The notes beneath the pieces were generated by a model. It made no database searches, was not told the origin of the DNA, and saw nothing but the letters and a program-made list of their open reading frames with translations. Below, piece by piece: positions 12,716-25,265 of a stretch of DNA of 64,000 nucleotides (position 1 is the first letter of the stretch; each line of letters opens with the position of its first letter). The translations under genes were made by a program, and so were the position numbers. Origin of the DNA: Cetorhinus maximus (taxonomy: Eukaryota). The stretch is from positions 29,636,001-29,700,000 of the forward strand of contig NC_135901.1 in the NCBI RefSeq assembly GCF_964194155.1. Reading direction: 5' to 3'.

Positions 12716-12859
12716 TCACTGGAAGCAAAGTCGTGAGACTGGCCTGTCCAGCAAAAAGAAACCCTCTGACCCTCCCACTTCACCAACTGTCAGAATGAAC
12801 ATGGTTCAGTCCTGGATGTGATCAACAGAAGTAATAATAGCAGAATCCAACCTCTGTAA

Positions 12860-13282
12860 TCACTTGTGTACTCGCTGGTGTCTCAGCAAGTGTGGTGAAT
12901 GAGTGAATCCCTTCCCACACAGGGAGCAGGTGAATGGCCTCTCCCCAATGTGAATTCGCTGGTGGGTCAGCAGATTGGATGAAGCACAGAATCCCTTCCC
13001 ACACTCAGAGCAGGTAAATGGCCTCTCCCCGGTGTGAACCCGCTGGTGTTGCAGAAGATTCGATAAGTGTTTTAATCGCTTTCCACACATGGAGCAGGTG
13101 AATGGCCTTTCCCCGGTGTGAACTCGTTGGTGTGTCTGCAGGTGGGATAATCGACTGAATCCCTTCCCACACACAGAGCAGGTGAACGGCCTCTCCCCGG
13201 TGTGACTGCGTAGATGAGTTTTCAGCGCAGATGGGAACCGGAATCTTTTCCCACAGTCCCCGCATTTCCACGGTTTCTCCAT
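12860..13282 (-). CDS. C2H2 zinc-finger gene G3, 5 fingers, intact ORF (140 aa)
   Basis: [10 protein letters not shown]...HQRVHK*, TGERP linkers, ACCATGG start, conserved 3' UTR. Confidence 0.88.
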   Translation of the reverse strand: MEKPWKCGDCGKRFRFPSALKTHLRSHTGERPFTCSVCGKGFSRLSHLQTHQRVHTGERPFTCSMCGKRLKHLSNLLQHQRVHTGERPFTCSECGKGFCASSNLLTHQRIHIGERPFTCSLCGKGFTHSPHLLRHQRVHK

Positions 13283-14189
13283 GGTGCAGGTGTCCTTGTG
13301 ACTCTGCAGGTTTGATGATCAGTTGATGCCTTGTCCACACACACAGAACACGTGTACAGTCTCTCCCCGCTGTGAATGGTGTGATATGTTTATCAGGCTG
13401 TGGAACTGGTTAAGGCTCTTTCAACGGTCACTGCACTGGAACACTCTCACTCGGGTGTGTGTGCTTTTCCAGTCATACTGATGTTTAAAACCTTTTGAAG
13501 CAGACAAACCTTTCTCTTTCTAGAAACAAAAGTCAATGATATTTAGGTCCTGCTAAATCGAGTGACTCTGTCAGGTTCTGGCCTGACATTTGGTTTGAGA
13601 TTTCTGTCTGCAAATCCTCAGCTTCCAATTTCCTGTAAAAGGTGTTTACAAAAGTCATCTCTGTCAGTGCAGGATAGAAATTCAGAACACACAATTCTAG
13701 TTTCTATAGGACATTCTTTCTTCTCTTCTTTCATTTGCCCACCGAATGGAAATAATGGCTGTATCACTGGTCTTAAAATGGGTGTAATCTACAGGAGTGT
13801 TTCACTGGGTTAAGATGCAGGCAATGCAAGGAAGAACATTGTTTAGGTAGCAAATGATCATGACCTGGAACCCGCTCCCTACGAGGGTGGTGGAATCAGA
13901 GAATTGAGTGGGCACTTGAAGCAAATAAACTTGCAGGTGAACGGGGATATAGAGGGGGAATGGGACTGACTGGATTGCTCTGCAGGGAATCGGCATGGAC
14001 TCAAGTTCCCACATGGACTTCTTCTGAGCTGCAATGACTATGACTGGAAATATGTAACGCAGCTACAGTAATATATTAGAAGACTACAAATAACAATCAA
14101 TGCACTTTATTACAGAACCATAAATAACATATCTAATATGTACCATATAACAACACTAGACATATCTCTGTCCTATATTCATTTACTTC

Positions 14190-15070
14190 CCCCTTAAACG
14201 TCAGCCATCTCCTGGGGAAACCACCCCTTTAATTGTGAACATTAGGAAAGGGACCATCCTTTTAGCCAGACAAATAAACGTGTCAAGCTGAGGGAGTAAA
14301 GGATGTCAATGTCTTTAAGAGAGAGAGAGAGAGAGACCTGGGCCAACCTTTCCAGAGTCTGCACCCTCCCTGGATTCACTTCCTTTCCCTTCAGTTCCTG
14401 CAAGTCAACAATTTCCCCCCAGAATGAGAAAAGAAATGGGAAGGGGGCGGGGAAATAAAGTGTTTTACTCAAAGATGTTCGACACAGGAGGAAGTTTTAG
14501 TTTGTGTGAAGCTCAATTTTCATTCACACAAATCTGATTGGCTGGAGGACTAGAGTCCTTCCGGTCCTCCAATTCACGCCATTGGTCAGTCTGCCGCATA
14601 AAGACAATGGAGCAGCGGAAGCCTTCGCAGATGCGGGACCCATTCTGACCCCAAGTTGAATGGAGTGGCTGGCCAATGGCAACGCCATTATCTGCACATG
14701 CGCAGCTTCCCCTCTCCCTCGGACATGCAGTCATGGGCCGCCCGCCCGTGCGGCGGGTAGAGCGGTTTCCCCAGCGCGGGGGGTTGTGGGTGCTACAGCC
14801 GCCATTACTCATACGGAGCCCAGTCCTCGAACTCCTGGAACTGGAATGGAAAGTGAGGGTTGCGGACGAAGTGGACCCCGCCCTGACACAAAGTACATGT
14901 GGGTAGTCACTGGATTTGATTGTGACTCCCCCTTACCAAAACAGTTTGTTAACTTCAGGTGTAAAGATTTAGACACCTGGGTGACATATTGGGGAGGTGA
15001 GTGTGAAACTGAACCCGAGAGTCAGCACTTTCAAGGGAGGAGAATTGGGGAAAAAACGGGAGGAAGATAG
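14190..15070. promoter_or_regulatory. Promoter/exon-1 module P3 (drives G3); exon-1 donor mutated GT to TT
   Basis: Module homology. actcaaagatg at ~14468 instead of actcacagatg. Confidence 0.75.
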
Positions 15071-15149
15071 TAGTATGAATTAGGGTTATACAATCAAAAT
15101 TGGGAGGGACTGCCTGGGGCACAGGGATTTATAGCTTGAGAGGTGGATC

Positions 15150-15440
15150 CATAGGGGCATTGTCACTGAACAAGTATTCCAGTGACCCCAGGTAATGCTC
15201 TGGGGACCCGGGTTTCTTTTCACCACAGCATATGGTGAAATTTGAATTCAACAAAACCCTGGAATTTAAGGTTTGATGTTGGCCATGAAACCATTGGTTA
15301 CAAAAACCCATCTGGTTCTATAAAGAAACCTGCCATCCTTACCTGGTCTGGCCCAGACACACAGCAATGTTCTAAATGCCCGCTGAACAAGGGAATTTTA
15401 GTATGAGCCTTCCACATCCCATGAACGAATGAAAACAGGG
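15150..15440 (+). mobile_element. tRNA-derived SINE (family also at 10395-10625, 54358-54640, 56405-56765)
   Basis: Shared aaaacccatctggttc...ctgccatccttacctggtctgg...cacatcccatgaacgaat body. The 56405 copy keeps a B-box-like ggttcaaatcc. Confidence 0.65.
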
Positions 15441-18400
15441 AGTAGGATGCCCGAGTTTTAGTTTGATGTTATGAACTTTTGTCGCTATCTGTTTCGAAAT
15501 GCTCCTTGGGACCTTGAACTTGAACCCACGATGGATGATGTCAGAGTTGAAGGCAATGCCGGGTTCAATTACATTGAAAATACAGCACACAAATAGGACG
15601 TTTTGTTACATTTTGTTACATTAAAGGCGCTATATAAATACAGGTTGTTGCTTTATTGAAGGCTGCCACTTGAACTTCCTCACTGCCCCGCAACTCCAAG
15701 AGCCCTATCCTGAACAGTTTGATCAGCCATCTCATTCTCATAGCATAGCCCAGCCCAGCCATTCTCAGTGAATCTCCTCTTCTCAGGCTCCCTTGTGACT
15801 CTGTCCTTGCTCTCTCACTGTGCGGAGTTCAGGTGTGAACAAAGCATTTTTGTCTTCAGATTTTCACTCTGAAAAGTTTAACGTATCAGGAGAAGATGAA
15901 TAGGCTGGGTCACTTCTCTCTTGGAAAGGCAAGGCTGAGGGCTAATGGAGGCTTTTAAAATTAGGAAAAGTTTTGACTCAGAGAATATTTCCACCTGTAG
16001 GGGGACGAGCAAAACTAGAGGCCATCAGCATAAGATAGTGACTGATAAATCTAATCGGGAATTCAGGAGAAACTTCTTTATCAGAGAGTGGTGAGAATGT
16101 GAAACTCGCTACCACAGGGAGTGGTGGAGGTGAATAACATAGATACATTTAAATGGAAGCTGGCATGGATTGGGTGGGCTGAATGGCCTGTTTCTGTGCT
16201 GTATATTCAATGTAAGCCTGGTATTGCCTTTAACACTGACATAGTCAATTCCGGGCTAAAGAGAAACAGTTTCTCTCACAGAAGAACATTTCATCTCATT
16301 GTTTCCAGCTATTGTCCAATCACTGCCTCTTGTCAGTCAAGTGTCCGAGGAGCCAAGGCATTCAATTCAACTACAAACATCTCAAGGGCAAACGGTCTGA
16401 AATTATTTAAATTTACTGGGTTGCAGTCCTTCCCTAAAACAATTATTATTTATCAGCCAGTCGTTTTCGAACTGGAGAGCCTGTTTCATCCAGGACAAAG
16501 CAGCCCACTTGATTGGCACCCCATCCATCAACCGAAACATTCACATCTTCCACACCACCAACGTACAGTGGCAGCAGTGTGTACTGCAGGACTGCACAAA
16601 ATGCACTGCAGGAACTCACCAAGTTTCCTTCGACAGCACCTTTCAAACCCACGATCTCTACCACCTAGGATGACAAGGGCAGCAGACATATGGGAAGCTC
16701 ACCACCTGGATGTTCCCCTCTGAGTGACACACCATCCTGACTTGGAACTATTTTGCTCAGGGTCTGGGTGTATGAAACCCCTTTCAGATCAAGATCTGTG
16801 TGCAGAGTCTGCGTGCAAACCTCTACAGTTCAGAGTTTGTGTGTACGCCAACCTCTTTAGCTTGGGGTCTGTGTGTACGCAAACCTCGTTAGATTAGAGT
16901 CTGTGCATACCCGAGCCCCTTTTAGATCAGTGTCCTTATGCTCAGCCCGTCCTGCTGCGTTCTGGGCAGGTTTGAATTTGACCATTTCCTGATCTTTAGC
17001 CACTATCCTCTGATTCCCAGTTATCTCTATATTTAGAAGTGTGACTGTTTGTGCAGTAAGATCCCGAACCTAAACTTGGGAGTCGTTTATATGTTCAAAA
17101 CACCTCATCTCAAAGTAAGTTTAAAAAATGTTGAAATGCTGAGGGGGTGGAAGATGTTGTATGATACAAGTTCTTCACACACAATGTACAGCACAGAATC
17201 AGGCCATTCAGTCCATCTCATTTATACTGTACACGAGACTCCTCCCACTTTACTTCATCAAGCCCCACCTTTCTTCTTCCTGAACATATCCGGATGCCCA
17301 TAAATGGATCTATGTTATTTGTCTCAGCCACTCTGTGTGGGAGCGAGTTCCACATTCCCACCACTCTCTGGGTGAAGAAGTTTATTTTCCAAACTTTCTT
17401 CTTGCCCCTGTTAATTCTTTCCCAGTTTCTCAGCTCGATCTGTTGACCCTGGAATGGGGAAAAAGACAGAGAAAGGATGAGCCAACTGAGACTTCACATC
17501 ACTTCCCCGAACACCAGGGCTCAGTCAGCCTCATACACTCGCCTCTGAGTCTGAAGGTCGTGGGTTCAAGTCCCCACTCCAGAGACTCGAGTCCCCCATA
17601 ATCCAGGGCTGACACTCTTTCAGTTTTCAGTTGCCAGGTTCCTAAACTCTGGAATTCCATCCCTTAACCCCTCCGCTTCTCTCTCCTTCTATAAGTCTCT
17701 GCTTAAAACCGACCTTTTCTTCTCTCAGTGACATCAAGGACTTGACAAGTTGTGTCCAAAACAAAGCTGATTGATTTGACATTTACCCAGAATATTAAAC
17801 TCCCCGGTGTGAGCTCACACATATGTAATCGAGCTCAATGAGGGAGGCACTCCCTTCCCCTTCTTCAATTTGGCCCACAGCATCATGACCTGCCCCACGG
17901 GTTGGGAAAGGAGGCAGATCCCAAATCCACCCCAGCCGGATCGATCCCCGTGCTGTTCACACCAATCTGATCAACACTCACCATTCAGATGACTGAGCCA
18001 ACCCCCCCACCGCCCCACGGCCAAGGAGTGGGAGTTGCTGCAGCAACATACACTGTTACACGCAAGTTCTGGTCTGGAGCAATGGACAGTTATCTATTAC
18101 CCTCTGTTATCTATTGCCCTCCCCAATATGTCATCCAGGCGTCAACATCTTTAATGAAGGAGAGTCATATTCAACCCGAAATGTTAACTCTATTTCTCTC
18201 TCCACAGATGACTCCAGACCTGCTGCGTGTCTCCAGCACTTTCTGTTTTAATTTTTGGCTAAGTCTCTTCACCTGAAGTTAACAAACTGTTTTGCTAACG
18301 GGGTGTCACAATCAAATCCAGTGACTACCAACATGTACTTTGTGTCAGGGCAGGGTCACTGCGCCTCCCAACCCACTTTCCATCCCAGTCCCAGGAGTTT

Positions 18401-18475
18401 GGAGACTGGGCTCCGGATGAGTAATGGCAGCCGCTGGTCCCACAATCCCCCGCGCTGGGGAAACAGCTCTATTCA

Positions 18476-19624
18476 GAGATAAAAACAAAAAACTGCGGAT
18501 GCTGGAAATCCAAAACAAAAACAGAAATACCTGGAAAAACTCAGCAGGTCTGGCAGCATCGGCGGAGAGTTTTTTTCGCCAACTCCAGCATGATGCCACA
18601 CCAAACACATCTTCCCTTCACCCCCCCTGGTGGCATTCCATAGGGATCGTTCCCTCCGTGACACCCTGGTCCACTCCTCCATCACCCCCTACTCCTCAAC
18701 CCCCACCTACGGCACCTCCCCATGCATACGCAAAATATGCAACACCTGTCCCTCCACTTCCTCTCTCCTCACCGATCAAGGGCCCAAACACTCCTTTCAA
18801 GTGAAGCAGCATTTCACTTGCATTTCCCCCAACTTAGTCTACTGCATTCATTGCTCCCAATGCGGTCTCCTCTACATTGGAGAGACCAAACTCAGACTGG
18901 GCGACTGCTTTGCAGAACACCTTCGGTCTGTCCGCAAGAGTGACCCAGACCTCCCTGTCGCTTGCCATTTTAACACTCCACCCTGCTCTCTTGCCCACAT
19001 GTCTGTCCTGAGCTTGCTGCATTGTTCCAGTGAAGCTCAACGCAAATTGGAGGAATAGCACCTCATCTTCCGACTAGGCACTTTACAGCCTTCCGGACTG
19101 AATATTGAGTTCAACAACTTTAGATCTTGAACTCCCTTCTCCATCCCCACCCCCTTTCCGTTTCTTCCCCCTCCCTTTTGTTTTTTCCAATAATTTATAT
19201 GGATTTTTCTTTTCCCACCTATTTCCATTATTTTTAAATCTATACCATTTATGCCCTTTTGGTCTTATTTCACCCCACCCCCACTAGAGCTATCTGTACC
19301 TTGAGTGTCCTGCCATCCATTCTTAATTAACACATTCTTTTAGATAATATCACCACCTTCAACACCTCTTTATTATTTTGTCTGTGACATCTTTTGATTA
19401 TCTGCTCCTATCACTGCTTGCTTGTCCCTACAACCACCCCCCCCCACCCCCAACTTCTCTCCCCCCACCACCCCACCTTAAACCAGCTTATATTTCACCC
19501 CTCTCCTATTTTTACTTAGTTCTGTTGAAGGGTCATGAGGACTCGAAACGTCAACTGTGCTCTTCTCCGCCGATGCTGCCAGATCTGCTGAGTTTTTCCA
19601 GGTGTTTCTGTTTTTGTTTTGATT
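18476..19624 (+). mobile_element. Penelope-like retroelement (family 1), 5'-truncated, GIY-YIG endonuclease remnant, inverted copy of its 3' end at the 5' side
   Basis: ORF 18630-19058 includes HFTCISPNLVYCIHCSQCGLLYIGETKLRLGDCFAEHLRSV...PVACHFN. 18510-18570 is the reverse complement of 19563-19620. tattc duplicated at both ends. Confidence 0.88.
19518..19556 (+). ncRNA. Minimal type-I hammerhead ribozyme motif at the Penelope 3' end
   Basis: AGTT-CTGTTGA-A-GGGTC-atgag-GACTC-GAAAC-GTC-AACT. Palindromic ACGT stem III, predicted GUC cleavage after 19552. Core is CUGUUGA rather than CUGAUGA. Confidence 0.65.
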
Positions 19625-20099
19625 TATTCGCCGCGCGGGCGGGCGGCCGGGGACTGCGCATGTCCAAGGGAGAGGGGGGAAGTGCGCATGTGCGGAGAAT
19701 GGATTTTTTTTTCCCATTGGCCAACCGCTCAGTTCGTGATCGGCCCCCCCCCACCCCCCGCCCCCTGCGCTCACGAAGGCGTCCACTGACCCATTGTCTT
19801 CATGCGGGAGATTGACCAATGGGAAGAGTTGGAGGACCGGAAGGACTCTGGTCTTCCAGCTAATCAGAGTGCGGGCTTGGTGTGAATGAAGATTGAGCTT
19901 CACACAGACTAAAATTTCTTCCTGTGTCCAACATCTGTGAGGAAAACACTTTCTTTTCTCCCCCTTTCCATTTCTTTTCTCATTCTGGGGGGAAATTTTT
20001 GACTTGCAGGAACTGAGGGGAAAGGAAGTGAATCCAGGGAGGGTGCAGACTCTGGAAATGTTGGCCCAGGTCTCTCGCTCTCTCTCTTAAAGACATTGA

Positions 20100-21180
20100 C
20101 ACTAAAAGACTAATAAGGAGGGAAAAATTAGAGTATGAGGGAATGCTAGCCAGAAATATAAAACCAGAAAGTACGAGTTTTTAAAAATAAATATTTAAAA
20201 ATGAAAAGAGTTAACAAAGTGAGCGTTGTTCATATGGAAAGTGAGTCTGGGGAATTGATAATGGAAAGTAAGGAGATGGCAGATGAATTGAACAGGTATT
20301 TTGCATCAGTTTTCACTAAAGAGGACACAAGTAACATCTCAAGCAGTTATAAACCAGTAAATGAAAGCGGAGAAGGAAATCAGGATAATTACAAGTGGTA
20401 CTGAGTAAATGGTCAGAGCTGTGGGCTGACAAGAGCCCAGGTCCCGATGGACTTCATCCAAGGGTCTTAAAAGAATTGTTTAGTGAGATAGTTTTTGCAT
20501 TGGTTTTAATTTTCCTAAACTCCCTAGATTCGGAGAAGGTCCCATTAGATTAGGCAAGGGAGGAGATAGCAGGGGCTCTGACCCAAATTTTTAATTCCTC
20601 TCTGGCCACGGGGGAGGTGCCAGAGGTCTAGAGAACAGCTAATGTGATTCCGCTATTTAAGAAGGGTTGTATAGAGAAGCCAGGGAACTACAGGCCAGTG
20701 AGTCTCACGTCAGTGGGAGGGAAACTATTGGAGAAAATTCTGAAGGAGAGAATTTATCTCCACTTGGTGAGGCAAGGTTTGATCAGGGATAGGCAGCATA
20801 GCTTTGTCAGAGGGAGGTTGTACCTAACAAATTTGATTGAATTTTTTGAGGAGGTGACCAGGTGTGTAGATGCTAGAGAAAGCTATTATTAAAGAAGTTA
20901 TAGCAGGGCACTTGGATAAGATCAAGGTCATCAGGAAGAGCCAACATGGTTTTGTGAAGGGAAATCATGTTTAACCAACTTACTAGAGTTCTTTGAGGAA
21001 GTAACATGTGCTGTGGATACAGGGGAACCAGTGGATGTGCTACACTTAGATTTCCAGAAGGCATTTGATAAAGTGACACATCAAAGTTTATTGCAGAACG
21101 TAAAAGCTCGTGGTATAGGGGTGACAAATTGGCATGGATAGAAGATTGGCTGGCTAACAGGAAGCAGAGAGTAGGCACAG
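20100..21180 (+). mobile_element. CR1 LINE ORF2 (RT) fragments, composite
   Basis: MADELNRYFASVFT, PGNYRPVSLTSVGGKLLE, CLTNLLEFFEEVT, LDFQKAFDKV motifs. Confidence 0.88.
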
Positions 21181-21998
21181 GAGGAGTCCATTCGGCAACT
21201 GAAGACCACGCCAACTCACGGTAGAGCAATCAAGTTACTCCCATTCCCCCTCGATATCCCCGTCTCTCTGCAAGTTTATTTCCTTCAAGTGATCATCCAA
21301 TTTCATTTTGAAGTAATTGACTATCTCCACTTCCACCAGCCTTGTAGGCAGCGGGTTCCAGGTCAACACCACTTGCTGCCAAAATGAAGTTCTCCCTCAC
21401 AGCCCCATATATCTTTAATCATGTAATAGAGTACTGTGTATGACACACATTTTTAGCGCATTACTGTTGGGTGTATATTAGGTACAGCAGGGTGAGAATG
21501 GAGGGAGGGCGTGTTGGGGACAGAGATTTACAGCTTTGGGGGAATGAGAGGGGAAAGAATGTTCCATAGGAACTAGAAGTGTCTGTTCTGAATTTCTATT
21601 CTGTACTGATAGTGATGACTTTTGCAAGTCCTTTTACAGGATATTAGAAAGGGAGAATTTACAGACAGAAATCTCAAACCAAACATCACGCTCAGACCTG
21701 ATTCATTTGACTTATGCGACCTGAATATCACCGGCCTTTGAATCTAGAAGGAGAAATGCTTGTCTGTTCTATCTGTTTGAAGAGCTTTTAAACATCTGCG
21801 TGACCATAAAAGTACCAAGACACACACACCCGAGTGAGAGTGTTCCAGTGCACTGACTGTGGAAAGAGCTTTAACCAGTTACAGAGTCTGAAAAAACATC
21901 ACACTGTTCACAACCGGGAGGGACCGTAGCTGTGTTCTGCATGTGGATGAGGCTTCAACTGATCATTGAACCTGGAGAGACACGAGGCTAACCGAACC

Positions 21999-22280
21999 AT
22001 GGAGAAACTTTGGAAATGTGGGGACTGTGGGACGGGATTCAAATCCCCATCTGAACTGGAGATTCATCGACGCAGTCACAGTGGGGAGAGGCCGTTCACC
22101 TGCTCTGTGTGTGGGCAGGGATTCACTCATTCATCCTCGCTACTGACACACCAGCGAGTTCACACGGGGGAGAGGCCGTTCATCTGCTTCGAGTGTGGGA
22201 AGGGATTCTGTGATTCATCCAACCTGCTGATGCACCAGCGAATTCACAGCAGAGGAAGGTGGTTCACCTGCTCTGAGTGA
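21999..22280 (+). CDS. C2H2 zinc-finger gene G4: 3 intact fingers, TGT to TGA in finger 4 (ancestral stop 22335-22337)
   Basis: ORF track 21966..22280. ACCATGG at 21999. Acceptor ttttacag|G at ~21639. Confidence 0.65.
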   Translation: MEKLWKCGDCGTGFKSPSELEIHRRSHSGERPFTCSVCGQGFTHSSSLLTHQRVHTGERPFICFECGKGFCDSSNLLMHQRIHSRGRWFTCSE

Positions 22281-22500
22281 GGGAAGGGATTTACTCAGTC
22301 ATCCCACCTGCTGAGACACCAGCGAATTCACAAGTGATTTACAGGGGTTGGATTCTGCTGTTATTACTGTTGTTAATCACATCCAGGACTGAAACATGTT
22401 CATTCTGAAAGTTGGTGAAGTGGGAGGGTCGGAGGGTTTCTTTCTGTTGGGCTGGCTGGTCTCACGACTTTCTTTCCAAGCTGCTGATGTTTTTTGAGCT

Positions 22501-24295
22501 TTGTTCAGAAAATGTAGTTTCAAATTTTATATGGATCACCAAAGCAAAGGGTGTTTTTAAGGTAAAAGGTAGTTACCTTTCATTTCTGTTTGGAACATCC
22601 AAAGAATGCCATGTTGCCATGGAGATGGACTGTGGGGTTTAGAAGGATTTTATGAACATATATGAACATAGGAATTAGGAGCAGGAGTAGGCCACTCAGC
22701 CCCTCAAGCCTGCTCCACTATTCAATAAGATCATGGCTGATTTGAATGTAACCTCAACGCCATGCTCCTGACTATCCCCGATAACCTTTCACCCCCTTGT
22801 AAATCAAGAATCTATCTAGCTCTGCCTTAAAAATATTCAATGACTCTACCTCCACCGCCTTTTGAGGAAGAGAGTTCCAAAGACTCACAACCCTCTGAGA
22901 GAAAAAATGTCTCTTCATCTCTGTCTTAACTGAGCGACCCCTTATTTTTAAACTGTGACCCCTAGTACTAGATTCTCCCACAAGAGGAAACATCCTCTCC
23001 ACATCCACCCTGTCAAGACCCCGCAGGATCTTAAAGTTTCAAGTAAGTCACCTCTTACTCTTCTAAACTCCAGTGGATACAAGCCCAGCTTGAACAGCCT
23101 TTACTGATAAGACAACCCACCCATTCCTGGTATTAGCCGAGTAAACCTTCTCTGAACTGCTTCTAATGCATTTACACCTTTCTTTAAATAAGGAGATCAG
23201 CACTGTACACAGTACTCCAGATGTGGTCTCACCAATGCCTTGTACAACTAAAGCATTACCTCACTAATTTGGCATTCAATTCCCCTCGCAATAAATAATA
23301 ACATTCTATTAGCATTCCTAATTATCTGTTGTACTTGCAGACTAACCTTTTGTGATTCATGCACTAGGACACCTAGATCCCTCTGAATCTCAGAGCTCTG
23401 CAATCTTTCACCATTTAGATAAAAAGCTTCTTTTTTATCCTTCCTGCCAAAATGAATGATTCCACATTTTCCCACATCAGACTCTTGTTGAATTTATCTG
23501 GGTGCTTCTCACAGAAAACAGTTACAAAATTGATTGTGCCGTTTGCAGCTAATTTGGAATTGTTGAGGGGAAAAGAAGCTGAAAGATCTGCCTAGCTTGG
23601 AGCTAGAGGAGGAAAACTACAGAGACCCTCCCGGTGAAAGTCTTCCGGGTGTACGAAATCGGAGCAGAAGTTGGCCACCCGGCTCCTCGAGCCTGCTTCA
23701 CCTTTCAATATGGTCATGGCTGATCTGTTTGTATTTCAAGTTCCACATTCCCATCGTGTAGCAGAAAGCAGTCAGCTTGAACATTTAGCTTGGAAAGAGC
23801 AGTGAAGAAGCTGTGGGCGCAGGCTGGGAAAAGCAGTCAGACTGTCCAAAGTCAGGGCCAGAAAGCAGTGAGGCTCAATCTTGAACAGAGGAACCCACAG
23901 TCATGAGGCCTTAAAGAAAGGTTGGAGGGTCAATTAGCCAAAAGCTCATGGAAAGATGCCGAGGGATCCTTGGACATCAAAGAGTAGCTGGAACACAGGA
24001 GAAATCAAAGTGAATTCCAGAGGGCTGTGGCATATTTTTAGGTTTGTCCCAGGAAAGGTAAATAAACCTTCAGGATCTCATAGGGAACTCTTGGGTGGAA
24101 CTAAAATGTAAAACAGACTTTAGAACAGAAGTAATTACACAATATAGTGTTCGGTTAGCCGTGCTTAGTTTCTTTTTTTAAAATTTACATGAAAGTTTGT
24201 GTCAGGCGTGGAATCTTGTGGTGTAGTTCTTTCAGTTAATTACTAGGTTCGGATTTCTCTTGAAACATTGACAGTCCCGATCGGGATCCTTACAG
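22501..24295 (+). mobile_element. LTR-like insertion (tg...ca) splitting the G4 3' UTR, containing a nested CR1 (22660-23480, minus strand)
   Basis: The 3' UTR stops at tttgagct (22500) and resumes at gggagtgcacatttccactg (~24299). The nested piece encodes CR1 motifs (QRDLGVLV, FSQRVVSLWNSLP). Confidence 0.55.
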
Positions 24296-25265
24296 TCCGG
24301 GAGTGCACATTTCCACTGGAATGAATCACAAAAGCTGACGAAGGACATTTATTTTATCCTGGATAGTAAATAGTTTTTCCTACCACTACAGGTAGATCTA
24401 AAATAAATACATTTGTCTCTGTTCCATTGAGTCTACAGCACAGGGCCAGGCCAGTGGGCTCAATTGGTCTCTGTCAATATTTATGCTCCACATGAGCCTC
24501 CACCCACCCCTCTTCATCTGCCCCATCAGCATATCCTTCTATTCCTTTCTCTCTCATGTATGTATCTAGCTTCCCCTTAAATGTATTCATGCTATTCACC
24601 TCAACCACTCGTTGTGGTAGTGAGTTCCACATTCTCACCACTCGCTGGGCAAAGAGGTTTCTCATGAAATCCCTATTGGATGATTGAAACCCTTCATAAC
24701 CTTAAAGACTTCCACCAGGTTAACCTTCAGTCTTCTCTTTTCTAGAGAAAAGCAGCCCCAGCCTTTCCTGAGGGTTAAATGCTGTCAGTTCTGGTATTAT
24801 TCTTGTGAATCTTTGTTGCCCCTTCTCCAGTGCCTCTATTTCCTTTTTCTAAATAGAGATGACAAATGTTGACAGTACTCCCAGTGCAGTCTAACCATGG
24901 TTCGAAACAAGTTGAACATAACCTCCCTGCTTTTCAATTCTATCCCTCTAGAAAGGAACCTGATATCTGGGCCCCACACTTTAAGAAAATGTGAAGTTCT
25001 TAGGGTGCCGAGGAGATTGACGAGAATGGCACCAGGGATGAAGAGACTTGGAGCCAGATTCAGTCATGGTTTTCAACAGAGAATTGGATCATTATCTGAA
25101 GAGGAGAAATTGGCAGGGTTATGGGGAAAAGGTGGGGGAGTGGGTCTGGGTGAGTTGCTGTTGCAGAGAGCTGGCACAGACACAATGGGCTGAATGGCCT
25201 CCTTCAGTGTTGTAACCATTCCATGATTCTAGAACACCAGCTCGCTGATTCTATTCAACACGGCA

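Larger units (their letters stand above)
18255..20100. promoter_or_regulatory. Promoter/exon-1 module P4 (drives G4), split by a Penelope insertion
   Basis: Module halves at 18255-18475 and 19629-20100 rejoin seamlessly if the insert is removed. Donor aacatct|gtgagg at 19937. Confidence 0.75.
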
